A DNA stretch of 64,000 bases from an uncultured Verrucomicrobiae bacterium. Lineage in GTDB: Bacteria > Verrucomicrobiota > Verrucomicrobiia > Chthoniobacterales > UBA10450. The notes below the pieces were generated by a model. That model ran no database searches, was not told where the DNA came from, and worked only from the letters and a program-made list of their open reading frames with translations. This document shows positions 46,832 through 56,729 of this stretch, piece after piece. Both the position numbers and the translations under genes were made by a program. Position 1 is the first letter of the stretch; each line of letters begins with the position of its first letter. Location: the NCBI GenBank assembly GCA_963815455.1, contig CAWFGO010000005.1, forward strand, positions 64,001 to 128,000. The letters run 5' to 3'.

Positions 46832-48190
46832 ATGGAGTGGCTCTACATCATTGCGGCGTCGCTGTTCGTAATCGGGCTGAAAATGCTCGGCTCGCCCCAG
46901 ACCGCTCGGAATGGGAATTTAGTCTCAGCGGTTGGTATGTTGATCGCGATCGGCGCGACGCTGTTCCAGGGCGGGCTGAGTTTCACCTGGATCATCGCTG
47001 GAATTATTATCGGCTCTGCCATCGGCGCGATTTCGGCCTATCGAGTGAAGATGACATCCATGCCGGAAATGGTTGCGCTTTTCAACGGCTTCGGCGGACT
47101 GGCCAGTTTGCTCGTGGGCTGGGCCGAATATCACATGCACAGAGATGCGCCCACGTTCACCATTGTGTCCATCTATCTCGCCGTTTTGATCGGGGGCGTT
47201 ACTTTTACTGGAAGCATTCTGGCGTTTGCCAAACTTTCCGAGCTTGTAACCGGTAAGCCGGTAATGTTTCGGGGGCAGCAATTCGTTAACGCTTTGCTAC
47301 TTATCACTGCGGTGGCCTTCGGGATCATTTTCACAATCGATCCCGAGGCGCACTACGCGATCTTGATTGGCGGGGTGGCGATCGCCCTGGTCTTAGGCAT
47401 CTTTTCGGTGTTGCCCATCGGAGGCGCGGACATGCCGGTAGTGATCTCCTTGCTCAACAGTTACTCCGGTCTGGCCGGCACTGCCGCCGGTTTCGTTCTT
47501 CAGAACAACATGCTCATCGTGGCCGGCACATTGGTGGGCGCGAGCGGAATCATTCTTACCCAGATCATGTGCAAGGCGATGAATCGCTCGTTGGCCCATG
47601 TCCTCTTCAGCGGGTTCGGCTCGGCTGCCGGTGCTATTGCGGCCGCAGGTGAAAAGAAGGATGCGAAATCGCTTTCGTCGGCCGATGCCTACTTCGTTCT
47701 GGAAGCGGCGCGCTCGGTTGTCTTTGTGCCCGGTTATGGAATGGCGGTCGCCCAGGCGCAGCATATGGTCAAGGAGCTGGCCGATCATCTCGAAGCAAAT
47801 GGCGCCGAAGTAAAATATGCGATCCATCCCGTCGCTGGGCGAATGCCCGGGCACATGAACGTGCTGCTGGCTGAAGCGGATGTCCCCTACGAACAACTGG
47901 TCGAGATGGACGCGATTAATCCTGTGATGCCGACCGTCGACGTCGCTCTCGTTATCGGCGCGAACGACGTGGTCAATCCCGCGGCGCGCGAAGAGAAATC
48001 GAGTCCGATTTACGGCATGCCCATCATCAATGTCGATCAGGCGCACACCGTCTTCGTGCTCAAGCGCTCGATGGCATCCGGCTTCGCCGGCGTGGAGAAC
48101 CCGCTCTTTTTCAAGGAAAACACGCGGATGATTTTCGGCGACGCCAAGAAAACGCTGCAGGAAATCGTGACTGAATTTAAGGCGGCGTAA
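46832..48190 (+). CDS. pntB: NAD(P) transhydrogenase subunit beta
   Basis: MPEMVALFNG, GGADMPVVISLLNSYSG, HPVAGRMPGHMNVLLAEA. Confidence 0.96.
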   Translation: MEWLYIIAASLFVIGLKMLGSPQTARNGNLVSAVGMLIAIGATLFQGGLSFTWIIAGIIIGSAIGAISAYRVKMTSMPEMVALFNGFGGLASLLVGWAEYHMHRDAPTFTIVSIYLAVLIGGVTFTGSILAFAKLSELVTGKPVMFRGQQFVNALLLITAVAFGIIFTIDPEAHYAILIGGVAIALVLGIFSVLPIGGADMPVVISLLNSYSGLAGTAAGFVLQNNMLIVAGTLVGASGIILTQIMCKAMNRSLAHVLFSGFGSAAGAIAAAGEKKDAKSLSSADAYFVLEAARSVVFVPGYGMAVAQAQHMVKELADHLEANGAEVKYAIHPVAGRMPGHMNVLLAEADVPYEQLVEMDAINPVMPTVDVALVIGANDVVNPAAREEKSSPIYGMPIINVDQAHTVFVLKRSMASGFAGVENPLFFKENTRMIFGDAKKTLQEIVTEFKAA

Positions 48191-48473
48191 CCTTTGGCGT
48201 TGGCTTTCGGTTGGACTCGGCAGTCGGTGCATTCCGCTCGTGTCTGGTAATGGCCGCCGCCGCCTTTTTCGGTGGAGGAGAGGATGGGGCCGGATGCGTA
48301 TCGCGATAGAACTTCGTTCCGAGGCCGAGCATAAAAGCGGCCAGGATGAAAATTGCGACTCGCTTCTCCCGCGGGGTAAGGACCACTCTTCGCCTGACCT
48401 CCTCGAAGGTGAAGCGCCGGCGAGTTTTCAATCGCTGGCTTTTTGTGTTTGCCACTTCCTCACCCGAAAGCAT
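48177..48473 (-). CDS. Small single-TM hypothetical protein
   Basis: LTPREKRVAIFILAAFMLGLGTKFYR; start uncertain. Confidence 0.55.
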   Translation of the reverse strand: MLSGEEVANTKSQRLKTRRRFTFEEVRRRVVLTPREKRVAIFILAAFMLGLGTKFYRDTHPAPSSPPPKKAAAAITRHERNAPTAESNRKPTPKVTPP

Positions 48474-48781
48474 CGGAAGTTTCCTCTGACGTGCTCGTGG
48501 TAATAATGCGCCTTTGATTGCGAAGCCATTAACTTGTGATGGACCGAACGCGGAACGCCGACGTAGCGATAAATAGCGCCGTTCAAGAATTCGATTTCGA
48601 GAATTTGAAGACGCTTGCTGTAACCAACGAAAGCGATTGCGCTTGAGGCAACCGGCTCGCGTGGAATCCGCGAAGTGATTTTCTCAGGCTGATCTTGAGA
48701 TGCCGCCGGTGTTTCTTGGGGAACACAGAGCGCTATCCCAGCGGCAATCAAGATCGACAGCCAGCTTGATGCGGCATTCAT
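48428..48781 (-). CDS. KTSC domain protein with signal-like N-terminus
   Basis: VASSAIAFVGY...LEIEFLNGAIYRYVGVP...SKAHYY. Confidence 0.85.
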   Translation of the reverse strand: MNAASSWLSILIAAGIALCVPQETPAASQDQPEKITSRIPREPVASSAIAFVGYSKRLQILEIEFLNGAIYRYVGVPRSVHHKLMASQSKAHYYHEHVRGNFRCFRVRKWQTQKASD

Positions 48782-48888
48782 CGTGAGTGGTCTAGCAAAA
48801 ACGAGCCGGACCTGGCCAGACAAATTAACGCCTCAAGAATTTTGTCATTTCGCTGGGGCGATTACGGTGCGAATATAGCGGATAAACA

Positions 48889-49593
48889 ATGGCTTTGCTT
48901 AAGACCTCCACCAGCTCTGTTTGCGGACTCCTGTTCGTGCTCGCCGGATTTTGTCATGCCGACACAATTCAATTGCGCTCGGGTCAGGAAGTTCACGCCA
49001 CCGTCGCCAGATACAAAAACAACGCATTCGAAGTGCGGACCGACGACGGCAAAACGATGAGTTATCCGTCCAACAACGTGAAGAGTATTCGATTCGATGC
49101 GCGTAGTTCTCCCTCCAAGCTGGCTACACGCACAAATGGATTGCAGGAGGGAACCGTTACGATGTTTGAAAACGGTAAGCTCACCGTTGCCCAGCCCAAC
49201 GGAAGCCGGACTTTCCCAACGATCTTTGTCGACCGTGTGGATTTCGTCGCCGATCGGGGTCAAAGCATCGAGCTAATCGCGCGCGGTCAGCAGGTGGACA
49301 TCAAGCAGCATCTTGCGCTCGGCAATGTCACGATTGTCGACTTTTATGCTGAATGGTGCGGGCCATGTAAGAAAATTTCGCCGGTGCTAGAGCGGCTTGC
49401 TCAAACCGATCCCGAGATTGCGCTGCGCAAGATCGACATCGTCAATTGGCAATCGCCCGTGGCCAAGCAGTACAAGATCGATGGGGTGCCGCACGTTGAG
49501 GTCTACAATCGTCAAGGTGAGCTTGTCGGGTCGGTCAGCGGAGTGGACCCCGCAACGGTGTTGAAATACGTCGCGAAAGCCAAAAGCGGCTAG
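48889..49593 (+). CDS. Secreted thioredoxin family protein
   Basis: Signal peptide; VDFYAEWCGPC, GVP. Confidence 0.88.
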   Translation: MALLKTSTSSVCGLLFVLAGFCHADTIQLRSGQEVHATVARYKNNAFEVRTDDGKTMSYPSNNVKSIRFDARSSPSKLATRTNGLQEGTVTMFENGKLTVAQPNGSRTFPTIFVDRVDFVADRGQSIELIARGQQVDIKQHLALGNVTIVDFYAEWCGPCKKISPVLERLAQTDPEIALRKIDIVNWQSPVAKQYKIDGVPHVEVYNRQGELVGSVSGVDPATVLKYVAKAKSG

Positions 49594-49761
49594 TTGCTGC
49601 GAAGTCCATTGTCATTTCGGTGGGCTTGTTCTACAATCGGGCCTCGAACGCCAGATTCTACCCAGCTAATCGAATGTTCTCTCCACGCATTCGGCCATCT
49701 GAAAGGGGCTTTGGCTACGGTTACCAATCCCGCCTAAGACATAGAAACTTAGCTTATTCTC

Positions 49762-51513
49762 GTGAGTAGAACATGTTCCTCCCAGGTTGGGTTCTTGGCG
49801 CCGCGCGTCCTTTTTGCTTTCGGCCTTTGCTCTGTCGGGGTGCTGCTTGGTGTGATTGGCCTTTCAGCCAAGCCTCTCGGGTCTGCGGTTAATGATGGAA
49901 TCCAACGCCGGTCCGAAGCGGGGAAAAGGATCAACAAGCCCGGTTTCGATCGATCTGTTGCAGGCCCCGGGTTTATTGATGGTTACGAAGTGAATTATCT
50001 GTCGGGCGTGGCCTGCAATTCTGCCACCGATTGCTGGGCAGTGGGCGGCTTCGCTTCGGCCTGGATTGAGCATTGGAACGGATCGCATTGGTCGGGCGTG
50101 GTCGGTCCTGTTTTTAGTTCGATTTCCATCTTGTCGGATTTGACCTGTGTTTCAGCTGTCGATTGCTGGGCAGTCGGTAGTTTCCACAACGTTGCCAGCG
50201 GCCGGGTCGAAACGCTGATCGAGCATTGGGACGGAACCGATTGGTCCATGGTCAGTTCGCCAAACGCAAGCGCATCAATTCCCAACAAGCTGGGCGCGGT
50301 GACCTGTCAGTCGGCATCCGATTGTTGGGCGGTTGGATCGTACGGCGCCTACACGACTTTCCCGCAACAAACGCTCATCGAACATTGGGACGGTTTCTCG
50401 TGGTCGATTGTGGCGTCTCCCAATACCAGCCCGACGCAGGAAAATTTTCTGAGCGATGTCACCTGTACTGGTCCGTCCGATTGTTGGGCGGTTGGACACA
50501 CGACGTTGTCTACACGGGGCCTGATCGAGCATTGGGATGGGGCGGCGTGGAGCATTGTCACGTCGCCAGCTCCAAACACACCCCTGGCAATTTATGGGGT
50601 GACCTGCTCATCTCCCACGGAATGCTGGGCGGTTGGGTATTTTCACAATGGCGCTGGGAATCAAAGTCTGGTTGAAAAATGGGACGGGAGTTCTTGGACA
50701 ATCGTCGGCACGCCATACGGAAAATCGGAGTCGCTTGCTCGTGTGACCTGCACATCGGCCTCGAATTGTTGGGCGGTAGGCGATGATTCTCAAAGCAACG
50801 GGATCACTGTTGCGCATTGGGACGGTATTGGCTGGAGCATTGTTGCGGCGCCAAATCCGGGAGCGGATGGCGAAGCGCTCACCGCGGTGGCTTGTGTTTC
50901 TGCTCAAGATTGCTGGGCCGTTGGCTATACCAGCTCCCATGGCCAGCTATTCGAACACTGGGATGGTGGAGCCTGGTCCATTTTTCCAATCCCCGCGCCC
51001 AATTTGAGCGCAGTTGTATCTCGAAAAGTTCATGGCACCACGGGCTACTGGGATATCAATCTTCCACAAACTGGAACCCCCGGGGTGGAATGTCGATTTG
51101 GGGGATCCAATCGCGCCTACCAAATGGTCTTCACATTCGACACCGACCTCACGAACGTTGCAGGCGTGAACACGAATGCCGGGAGTGTTAGCAATAGTTC
51201 TATTGGACCGAATCCGAATCAATACACCGTAAATCTTACCGAGATTCCGAATGCCCAGTACATCGCCGTGACATTAGACACTGTCCAAGATGTCGAAGGT
51301 GGCACTGGCAACGCGGCGGCCACGATGGGAGTGCTCATCGGTGATAGCAGTGGAAACGGTGTAATCAATTCCACCGATCTTTCGCAGACCAAGGCGCGAG
51401 TCGGCCAGCCAATCACCACGAATACCTTCCGCTCCGACATTCAGGCTAACGGAAGCGTTAACGCGGCGGACATCTCTCTCGTGAAACTGAACATGGGATC
51501 TTCGCTCCCGTAG
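49762..51513 (+). CDS. Secreted Cys/Trp repeat (beta-propeller-like) protein with dockerin-like C-terminal module
   Basis: Seven C-x4-CWAVG...(H/K)W(D/N)G..W repeats; VVSRKVHG...GDSSGNGVINSTD...DIQANGSVNAAD. Confidence 0.82.
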   Translation: MSRTCSSQVGFLAPRVLFAFGLCSVGVLLGVIGLSAKPLGSAVNDGIQRRSEAGKRINKPGFDRSVAGPGFIDGYEVNYLSGVACNSATDCWAVGGFASAWIEHWNGSHWSGVVGPVFSSISILSDLTCVSAVDCWAVGSFHNVASGRVETLIEHWDGTDWSMVSSPNASASIPNKLGAVTCQSASDCWAVGSYGAYTTFPQQTLIEHWDGFSWSIVASPNTSPTQENFLSDVTCTGPSDCWAVGHTTLSTRGLIEHWDGAAWSIVTSPAPNTPLAIYGVTCSSPTECWAVGYFHNGAGNQSLVEKWDGSSWTIVGTPYGKSESLARVTCTSASNCWAVGDDSQSNGITVAHWDGIGWSIVAAPNPGADGEALTAVACVSAQDCWAVGYTSSHGQLFEHWDGGAWSIFPIPAPNLSAVVSRKVHGTTGYWDINLPQTGTPGVECRFGGSNRAYQMVFTFDTDLTNVAGVNTNAGSVSNSSIGPNPNQYTVNLTEIPNAQYIAVTLDTVQDVEGGTGNAAATMGVLIGDSSGNGVINSTDLSQTKARVGQPITTNTFRSDIQANGSVNAADISLVKLNMGSSLP

Positions 51514-51529
51514 GCAGGCACACTCACTA

Positions 51530-52264
51530 TCAGCGCCCGAGCGGAGTTGTGACCTCTGTTTCTCGCGGGGGAGTAAACTCGAATGTCGATGCCGAAATGG
51601 GCGCACGCGATTGGTTCGAATAATTCGTGATGACGCGGTCGCCATTTGGTTGCACAACCTCCGTGCGTTCGGCCAGAAGGTCGCTATTCAGCCGGAGATC
51701 GAATTTCTGAAACGTACGTTTCATGGATGACGAGCGTGGCAGGAGTTCCAACTCGTAGCCATTGTCGATCTTTGATCCCGTAACGTGAAATGTGTTTTCG
51801 ATATTTTCCATGTTCAGCGCCGTGTTGATCGCGGCGATTGCCGCATCGACCGGGGAGCGTTTACCGAGCGTGTAATGCTCGGCTGATTTGAAATTCGGAT
51901 AATAAATCCAGAGGTCGCGGCCGTTGCTCACCGTCACGCTTGGTGCGTTGCCTTTCACTTCGCGTCGGAACTTGTTTGGCGCTTCAAACCAGACTTTGCC
52001 CGTGCTCACAATCGGTTTGTTCATGAGCCGAATCGCTTTCTCCTCGCGAAAATCCGCCGAGACATGCGGCGCGGCCGCGCGCCGCTCCCGAATCTTCGCC
52101 AAAAGATCTTTGAGTTCATCCTGTGAAAGTGGAGCTGCCTGTGCCAGGCCAGCCAGAACGATAAGCGAGGCGGTCGCACAGGCAGGGACGGACCTCCGGG
52201 CCGTCCGACAAATTCTTCGGCGCGCTCGGAGAGCGCGCCCTACCTGAGAAATCATGTTGCGCAT
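51530..52264 (-). CDS. LolA-like outer-membrane lipoprotein carrier protein
   Basis: ADFREEK, GKVWFEAPNKFRRE, VSNGRDLWIYYP, FEFTPP. Confidence 0.85.
   Translation of the reverse strand: MRNMISQVGRALRARRRICRTARRSVPACATASLIVLAGLAQAAPLSQDELKDLLAKIRERRAAAPHVSADFREEKAIRLMNKPIVSTGKVWFEAPNKFRREVKGNAPSVTVSNGRDLWIYYPNFKSAEHYTLGKRSPVDAAIAAINTALNMENIENTFHVTGSKIDNGYELELLPRSSSMKRTFQKFDLRLNSDLLAERTEVVQPNGDRVITNYSNQSRAPISASTFEFTPPRETEVTTPLGR
52180..52245. repeat. GTAG-type REP doublet in frame inside the LolA signal peptide
   Basis: AGGCAGGGACGGACCTCCGGGCCGTCCG ... CGGCGCGCTCGGAGAGCGCGCCCTACCT; 66 bp. Confidence 0.8.
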
Positions 52265-52305
52265 ATTAGTTGTCGATCTTGCAGTTGGACGTTGGATGTT
52301 TGCGT

Positions 52306-54801
52306 TTAATCATCGCGCCATGTTTTCGGTCTGGCTGCCGCGGCGGCGGGAAGGGTAAAGAAAATTGTGGACACCAAACTCCAGAAAATACCAATGGCGC
52401 AGGCGGCGCCGAGTCCGCTGAGCGACGGATTTTTCGCCAGCACCAACGAACCGAATCCGGCGACGGCGGTCAATCCGGCGAGCAAAACCGGTTTCACCAC
52501 GCCCGCCACATCGTGCTCGATCTGGTGCGCTTTTTGCCAGGCAAACAAAACATAGATGCCGTAATCGACCCCGATCGCAATCACCAGTCGAAACGCGAGA
52601 ACATTCAATAAATTCAGCGGCAGATTGAAGAGCTTCATGGTGGCAAGCATCGCACCGACGCCGAATACGAGAGTCAGTTCCTGGATCACCCAGAGCCGCC
52701 AATCGCGATACAATATGGCCAGAAGTAATCCTTCGAAGATCGCCATCGCGCCGGTAATGATGAGCAACTGGCGTTGGGCCCATAGCAGCAGATTCGCCAG
52801 GGTAAAACTCCATCCCGAGAGGACCATCGGCACGCCCGCCACCGGCAATTCCTGGCTGAGGGCAAGATACTGCGAATGTTTTCGAATCCGATCGTTGCTG
52901 GTGGCAAAGCCGACCGTGAGCAGCGGATCATGCGCGAAGTAGCGATCGATCAAAAACCACCAGCTCGACGATTTCGAAAGTTTTTCCCGCCAGTTTGGCA
53001 CTGGAGTGTTCGCCCCGGCCGCCGATTGCAGATTATCAAGCAGTTGGAAAGCACTGGCGAAAGAATCGCGGCTGAATCCTTCCGCATCGAGCGTTTCCTT
53101 CAGCGTTTGACGCGCGGCGTCAAAATCGATCGCGCGCAGGCGCACTTGATTTTGCTGGATCGACAGCGGCGAACGCACCAGAGCGAGAGGGGTGGAGAAG
53201 TTTTTGATTTTCCCCGCGGCTTCCAGCTCGTGCCAATGCGCGGCGATCTTTTTCCAATCGTCGTGCAGCTGTTGCTCATTCGCCGCGTGAACGATGGCCA
53301 GGACCGGTTCCCAGCGCGCCGGCATTTTGCTCATGATCGCGGCCAGCGCTTGAGCCGCCCGGCTCTTTTTCGGTTCGAGCGAGCGCGTGCTCGAATCGAA
53401 CGGCAGCGGCGGTCGCGGCGAAAAACCGAACACGCTCAAGATCGACAGCGTGACCGCTGCGAAGATCAATATCGGAATCGGACGCCGCACACTCCAGCCG
53501 ACATATTTCTTTACCGCCTCGAAAATCCAATCGTGCCGGGGCGGGGCCGGCCCCTCGCGCACGAACAGGAACAATATCGTGCACATGAAAAAACCGGCGA
53601 ATAAGATCCCGATGGCAATCAGAACGCCGAGTTGAGAAAAGCCGATCGATCCGCTCAATATCAAAGCGAGAAAACCGACGGCGGTGGTTAACGCGCCGAA
53701 GAACACGGCTCGCCCCAATTTCTCCACGGCCGTGGAAATTGCTTGCCCGTGTGTTTCGCCATCGGTGCGCGCCTGTTGATATCGGCCAAAGATCAGGATC
53801 GCAAAATCGACGCCGAGCCCGACCAGAATTGCGCAAAATCCCACTGTCACCATGTTTAGTCGCCCGAAAATGAGCAGACCGAGAGCAAGAGCGACGAGAC
53901 ATGAGAGCAGCAGCGAGAAGCCCATGCCCAGCAGCGGCATCCAGCGGCTAAAACCGGCAAAGAAGATGACGCCGACCAGCACCACGGAGCCCAACAAAGT
54001 CACGACAATATCGTGGCGCATGCTCAGAGAGATTTCGGACACGTAAGCGGCGCGACCGGTGACGAACACTTCGAGCGGTTCGCCATCCCAGCCTTCGATC
54101 GCGTGAGCCCGGAACGCATCGACCTCGCGCATCACACGCTGGCATTCAAATGCGTTGAGCGACGGTTGATTGGTGACAACCACAAAAATCCGCATAGTGC
54201 GGTCGGGCGAGGCCAGAGGTTGTTCTTCGTCGACCGGGTTGCTTTCGGCAAAGGGCTTGAGGGCTGGTCCGATTAATCCGAGCGGATCGAACTCGAGCTC
54301 AAACTGCGGTCGCGGAGAGCCGGCTTCGATTTGCTGATGAAGCCGGTGCAAACGCTGGCGCATTTTTTCCGGCTGCAGGATCGACATCGCGTCGTCGAAG
54401 GCGGCTGGATCGAGATTCAAAAGCAGTGGAACTGCGATCGACTGCAAATCGCGAACGCCCTCGGGCGTTTCCATCGGAGATCCGGTCAGGACGCGTTCGC
54501 ACCACGGTTGTTTCCGGAGGTGATCGGCAAAAATCGACGCGAACTCCTCCAGCTTATCCACGTCTTCAGGCTGAGATTGCAGCGCGAAAGTGAGCTGGCG
54601 CGTTTGTTCGAAAGCCCGGTCGTATGTCTTCAGTCCAGTCACGGAGCTGAACTGCCCGGGCAACATGTTAAGCACCTCGCTGTCGAGGGAGATTCGCGAA
54701 ACGAAAATGATTACGCACACCGTCGCCAGGATAATCACGCCGAGCCACACCGTGGCGCGGCGCTGAGTCACAGCGCGGGCGATAAAATCACTGATTCGCA
54801 T
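52306..54801 (-). CDS. MMPL/RND family transporter
   Basis: GLGVDFAI and AIGVDYGI, LTTAVGF/LTAVAGF, two TM clusters. Confidence 0.9.
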   Translation of the reverse strand: MRISDFIARAVTQRRATVWLGVIILATVCVIIFVSRISLDSEVLNMLPGQFSSVTGLKTYDRAFEQTRQLTFALQSQPEDVDKLEEFASIFADHLRKQPWCERVLTGSPMETPEGVRDLQSIAVPLLLNLDPAAFDDAMSILQPEKMRQRLHRLHQQIEAGSPRPQFELEFDPLGLIGPALKPFAESNPVDEEQPLASPDRTMRIFVVVTNQPSLNAFECQRVMREVDAFRAHAIEGWDGEPLEVFVTGRAAYVSEISLSMRHDIVVTLLGSVVLVGVIFFAGFSRWMPLLGMGFSLLLSCLVALALGLLIFGRLNMVTVGFCAILVGLGVDFAILIFGRYQQARTDGETHGQAISTAVEKLGRAVFFGALTTAVGFLALILSGSIGFSQLGVLIAIGILFAGFFMCTILFLFVREGPAPPRHDWIFEAVKKYVGWSVRRPIPILIFAAVTLSILSVFGFSPRPPLPFDSSTRSLEPKKSRAAQALAAIMSKMPARWEPVLAIVHAANEQQLHDDWKKIAAHWHELEAAGKIKNFSTPLALVRSPLSIQQNQVRLRAIDFDAARQTLKETLDAEGFSRDSFASAFQLLDNLQSAAGANTPVPNWREKLSKSSSWWFLIDRYFAHDPLLTVGFATSNDRIRKHSQYLALSQELPVAGVPMVLSGWSFTLANLLLWAQRQLLIITGAMAIFEGLLLAILYRDWRLWVIQELTLVFGVGAMLATMKLFNLPLNLLNVLAFRLVIAIGVDYGIYVLFAWQKAHQIEHDVAGVVKPVLLAGLTAVAGFGSLVLAKNPSLSGLGAACAIGIFWSLVSTIFFTLPAAAAARPKTWRDD

Positions 54802-54854
54802 AAGGGAACCACGAATGAACACGAAGATGCGAATGATGACGAGTTCTTAGCACG

Positions 54855-54947
54855 GTCATCCTGAGCGAAGCGCAGCGAAGTCGAAGGATCCCGTGACGCC
54901 AGCTTAAAGCTATGCAACGGGATTCCTCGGCTTTCGCTCGGAATGAC
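54855..54947. repeat. Palindromic repeat family A, copy 4
   Basis: GTCATCCTGAGCGAAG..GTCGAAGGATCCCG ... CGGGATTCCTCGGCTTTCGCTCGGAATGAC. Confidence 0.85.
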
Positions 54948-54953
54948 GAAGAG

Positions 54954-55376
54954 TCAAAAGCGAAGAAGAAAAGTTTCCGCGCCGGTCGCGTGACGAATTG
55001 TTTGTCGATCCTCGGCGCGAATTATTTTGTCGTGCAGCGTGAGCCAGCCTCGCAACTGCGCCGGCGCACGATCGATCGGGCCGGACCAGCCGGGCCCGGC
55101 CATGGCCCCTCTTACTTCGGCAAACGATGCGTCTTGCCGAGTAGTCAGCAGCGTCAGACCCGGTCCTTTTGAAAAGGTCAGCTCGAAATCGCCGGTCCTG
55201 GAAAAGCGCACCAGAACATCGCCGATGAGCGTGGTTTTGCCGTTGCGATACAGAAGTTGACCACTTCGGATCCGCCAATCGCCAGACGGCGCGGCGAACT
55301 GATGGTGCGACATCGTCGCGCAACCGGCCAAACAGATTGCCATCGAGATCCCGCAGGCTCTTTGCAAGATCGACAT
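54954..55376 (-). CDS. Hypothetical lipoprotein
   Basis: Lipobox LAGC; lies in an operon between the halogenase and MMPL genes. Confidence 0.7.
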   Translation of the reverse strand: MSILQRACGISMAICLAGCATMSHHQFAAPSGDWRIRSGQLLYRNGKTTLIGDVLVRFSRTGDFELTFSKGPGLTLLTTRQDASFAEVRGAMAGPGWSGPIDRAPAQLRGWLTLHDKIIRAEDRQTIRHATGAETFLLRF

Positions 55377-55381
55377 CGTGA

Positions 55382-56677
55382 TTAGGAATTCGCGCCCACA
55401 GGTTCTGGAGCGAGTTCGGCGTCCAATTGCGGCATCAGTGTCAGGCGCGGCGCGATCGGATAACGCCGTTGCAGCCAGACCAGGAAATAAAAGACCGACA
55501 TCCGCCATTTGATCCCGAAGTCGGTGCCATTGTTTCCACCGAGCACGGCGTTGACCGCTCCCGGCAAATTCCACAGCGGTCGCGGCGCGGAAAACACTTC
55601 GATGAACTCCTTTGTGTACCAGGCATTGACGAAGCGCAGATAAACGTCCATGGCGCGGTTCACCTGTTTTTCGTAGTGAAAAAACAACCGCGCTGCCTTG
55701 CTTGGCCGATCGAGCACTTCGTGCAGCGCATCGGCCGCCAGCTCACCGCTGAACACCGCCAGGAAAACGCCGCTGCTAAAAATTGGATCGATAAAACCGG
55801 CAGCATCGCCCGCCAGCAGCCAGCGGTCGCCATACAATGTTGTGCCGCGGTAAGAAAAATCCGCCGCGACGTGAACGTCGGAAACGCGCTGCGCGTCATG
55901 CATTCGCTTCATGATCACCGGCTGCTCCGCGATGGCCCGGTCGAGAAAGTCTTTCGGCATCAGTTTGGAATTGCGAAAGGTTTCTCCATCCAGGACGACA
56001 CCGATGCTGGTGCGCTCGGGCGTAAGAGGAATAATCCAAAACCAGCGGTCGATTCCGCGGACAAGCGTGGTCAGCGTGCCGTCAATCCCTTCCTCGCGCC
56101 AAACGCCGGCGTAATGCGCGAAGATCGACAACTTCTTCAAGTGTTCGTAGGTCTTTTTGATGTTGAATTGATTGCCGAGCACGGAATTGCGACCGCTGGC
56201 GTCGATCACGTAGCGGGCCCGAACATTGGTTCCGTTTGTCGTCGCAAGATGGACATGTTCGTTTGCGAATTCGATTTTGGTCACTTCGGTTTGCTCCCGC
56301 ACTTCGGCGCCATTTTCAGCGGCATGATCGAGCAGCAGTTTATCGAAATCCGATCGCGTGACCTGATAGGAGTGATCGGTCTTCGAGCGATAGGCGTCCT
56401 TGAAATAAAACTTTATCCCTTTGTCGCCGCAGGCGCTGAAAAATTCGCCGCCGTATTTCTTTAGAAAACCGGCGCGTTCAAACTTTGGAAGCAGATCCAT
56501 CCGGGCGAACGCTTTCATGCTAAAAGGCAAAAGCGATTCGCCGATGTGAAACCGCGGGAATTTCTCGCGCTCGAAAACGATTACCCGCCGGCCCGCGCGT
56601 GCGAGCAGGGTCGCGGCTGTGCTTCCAGCCGGTCCACCGCCGATAATGGCGACGTCGTACATGTCGATCTTGTTCAC
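55382..56677 (-). CDS. FAD-dependent oxidoreductase / flavin-dependent halogenase family protein
   Basis: GGGPAGS, FPRFHIGESLLP, WFWIIP (WxWxIP), GDAAGFIDPIFSSG. Confidence 0.88.
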   Translation of the reverse strand: MNKIDMYDVAIIGGGPAGSTAATLLARAGRRVIVFEREKFPRFHIGESLLPFSMKAFARMDLLPKFERAGFLKKYGGEFFSACGDKGIKFYFKDAYRSKTDHSYQVTRSDFDKLLLDHAAENGAEVREQTEVTKIEFANEHVHLATTNGTNVRARYVIDASGRNSVLGNQFNIKKTYEHLKKLSIFAHYAGVWREEGIDGTLTTLVRGIDRWFWIIPLTPERTSIGVVLDGETFRNSKLMPKDFLDRAIAEQPVIMKRMHDAQRVSDVHVAADFSYRGTTLYGDRWLLAGDAAGFIDPIFSSGVFLAVFSGELAADALHEVLDRPSKAARLFFHYEKQVNRAMDVYLRFVNAWYTKEFIEVFSAPRPLWNLPGAVNAVLGGNNGTDFGIKWRMSVFYFLVWLQRRYPIAPRLTLMPQLDAELAPEPVGANS

Positions 56678-56729
56678 GCGACGATCATGTTAGCAACGTA
56701 AGGCGACTTTCCAACCCACGAATCGCGTC

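Noticed and set aside
49990..50980. Nucleotide repeats such as GATTGYTGGGCRGT and GAGCATTGGGA as a DNA repeat array
   Set aside because: Fully explained by the seven protein repeats of the encoded propeller
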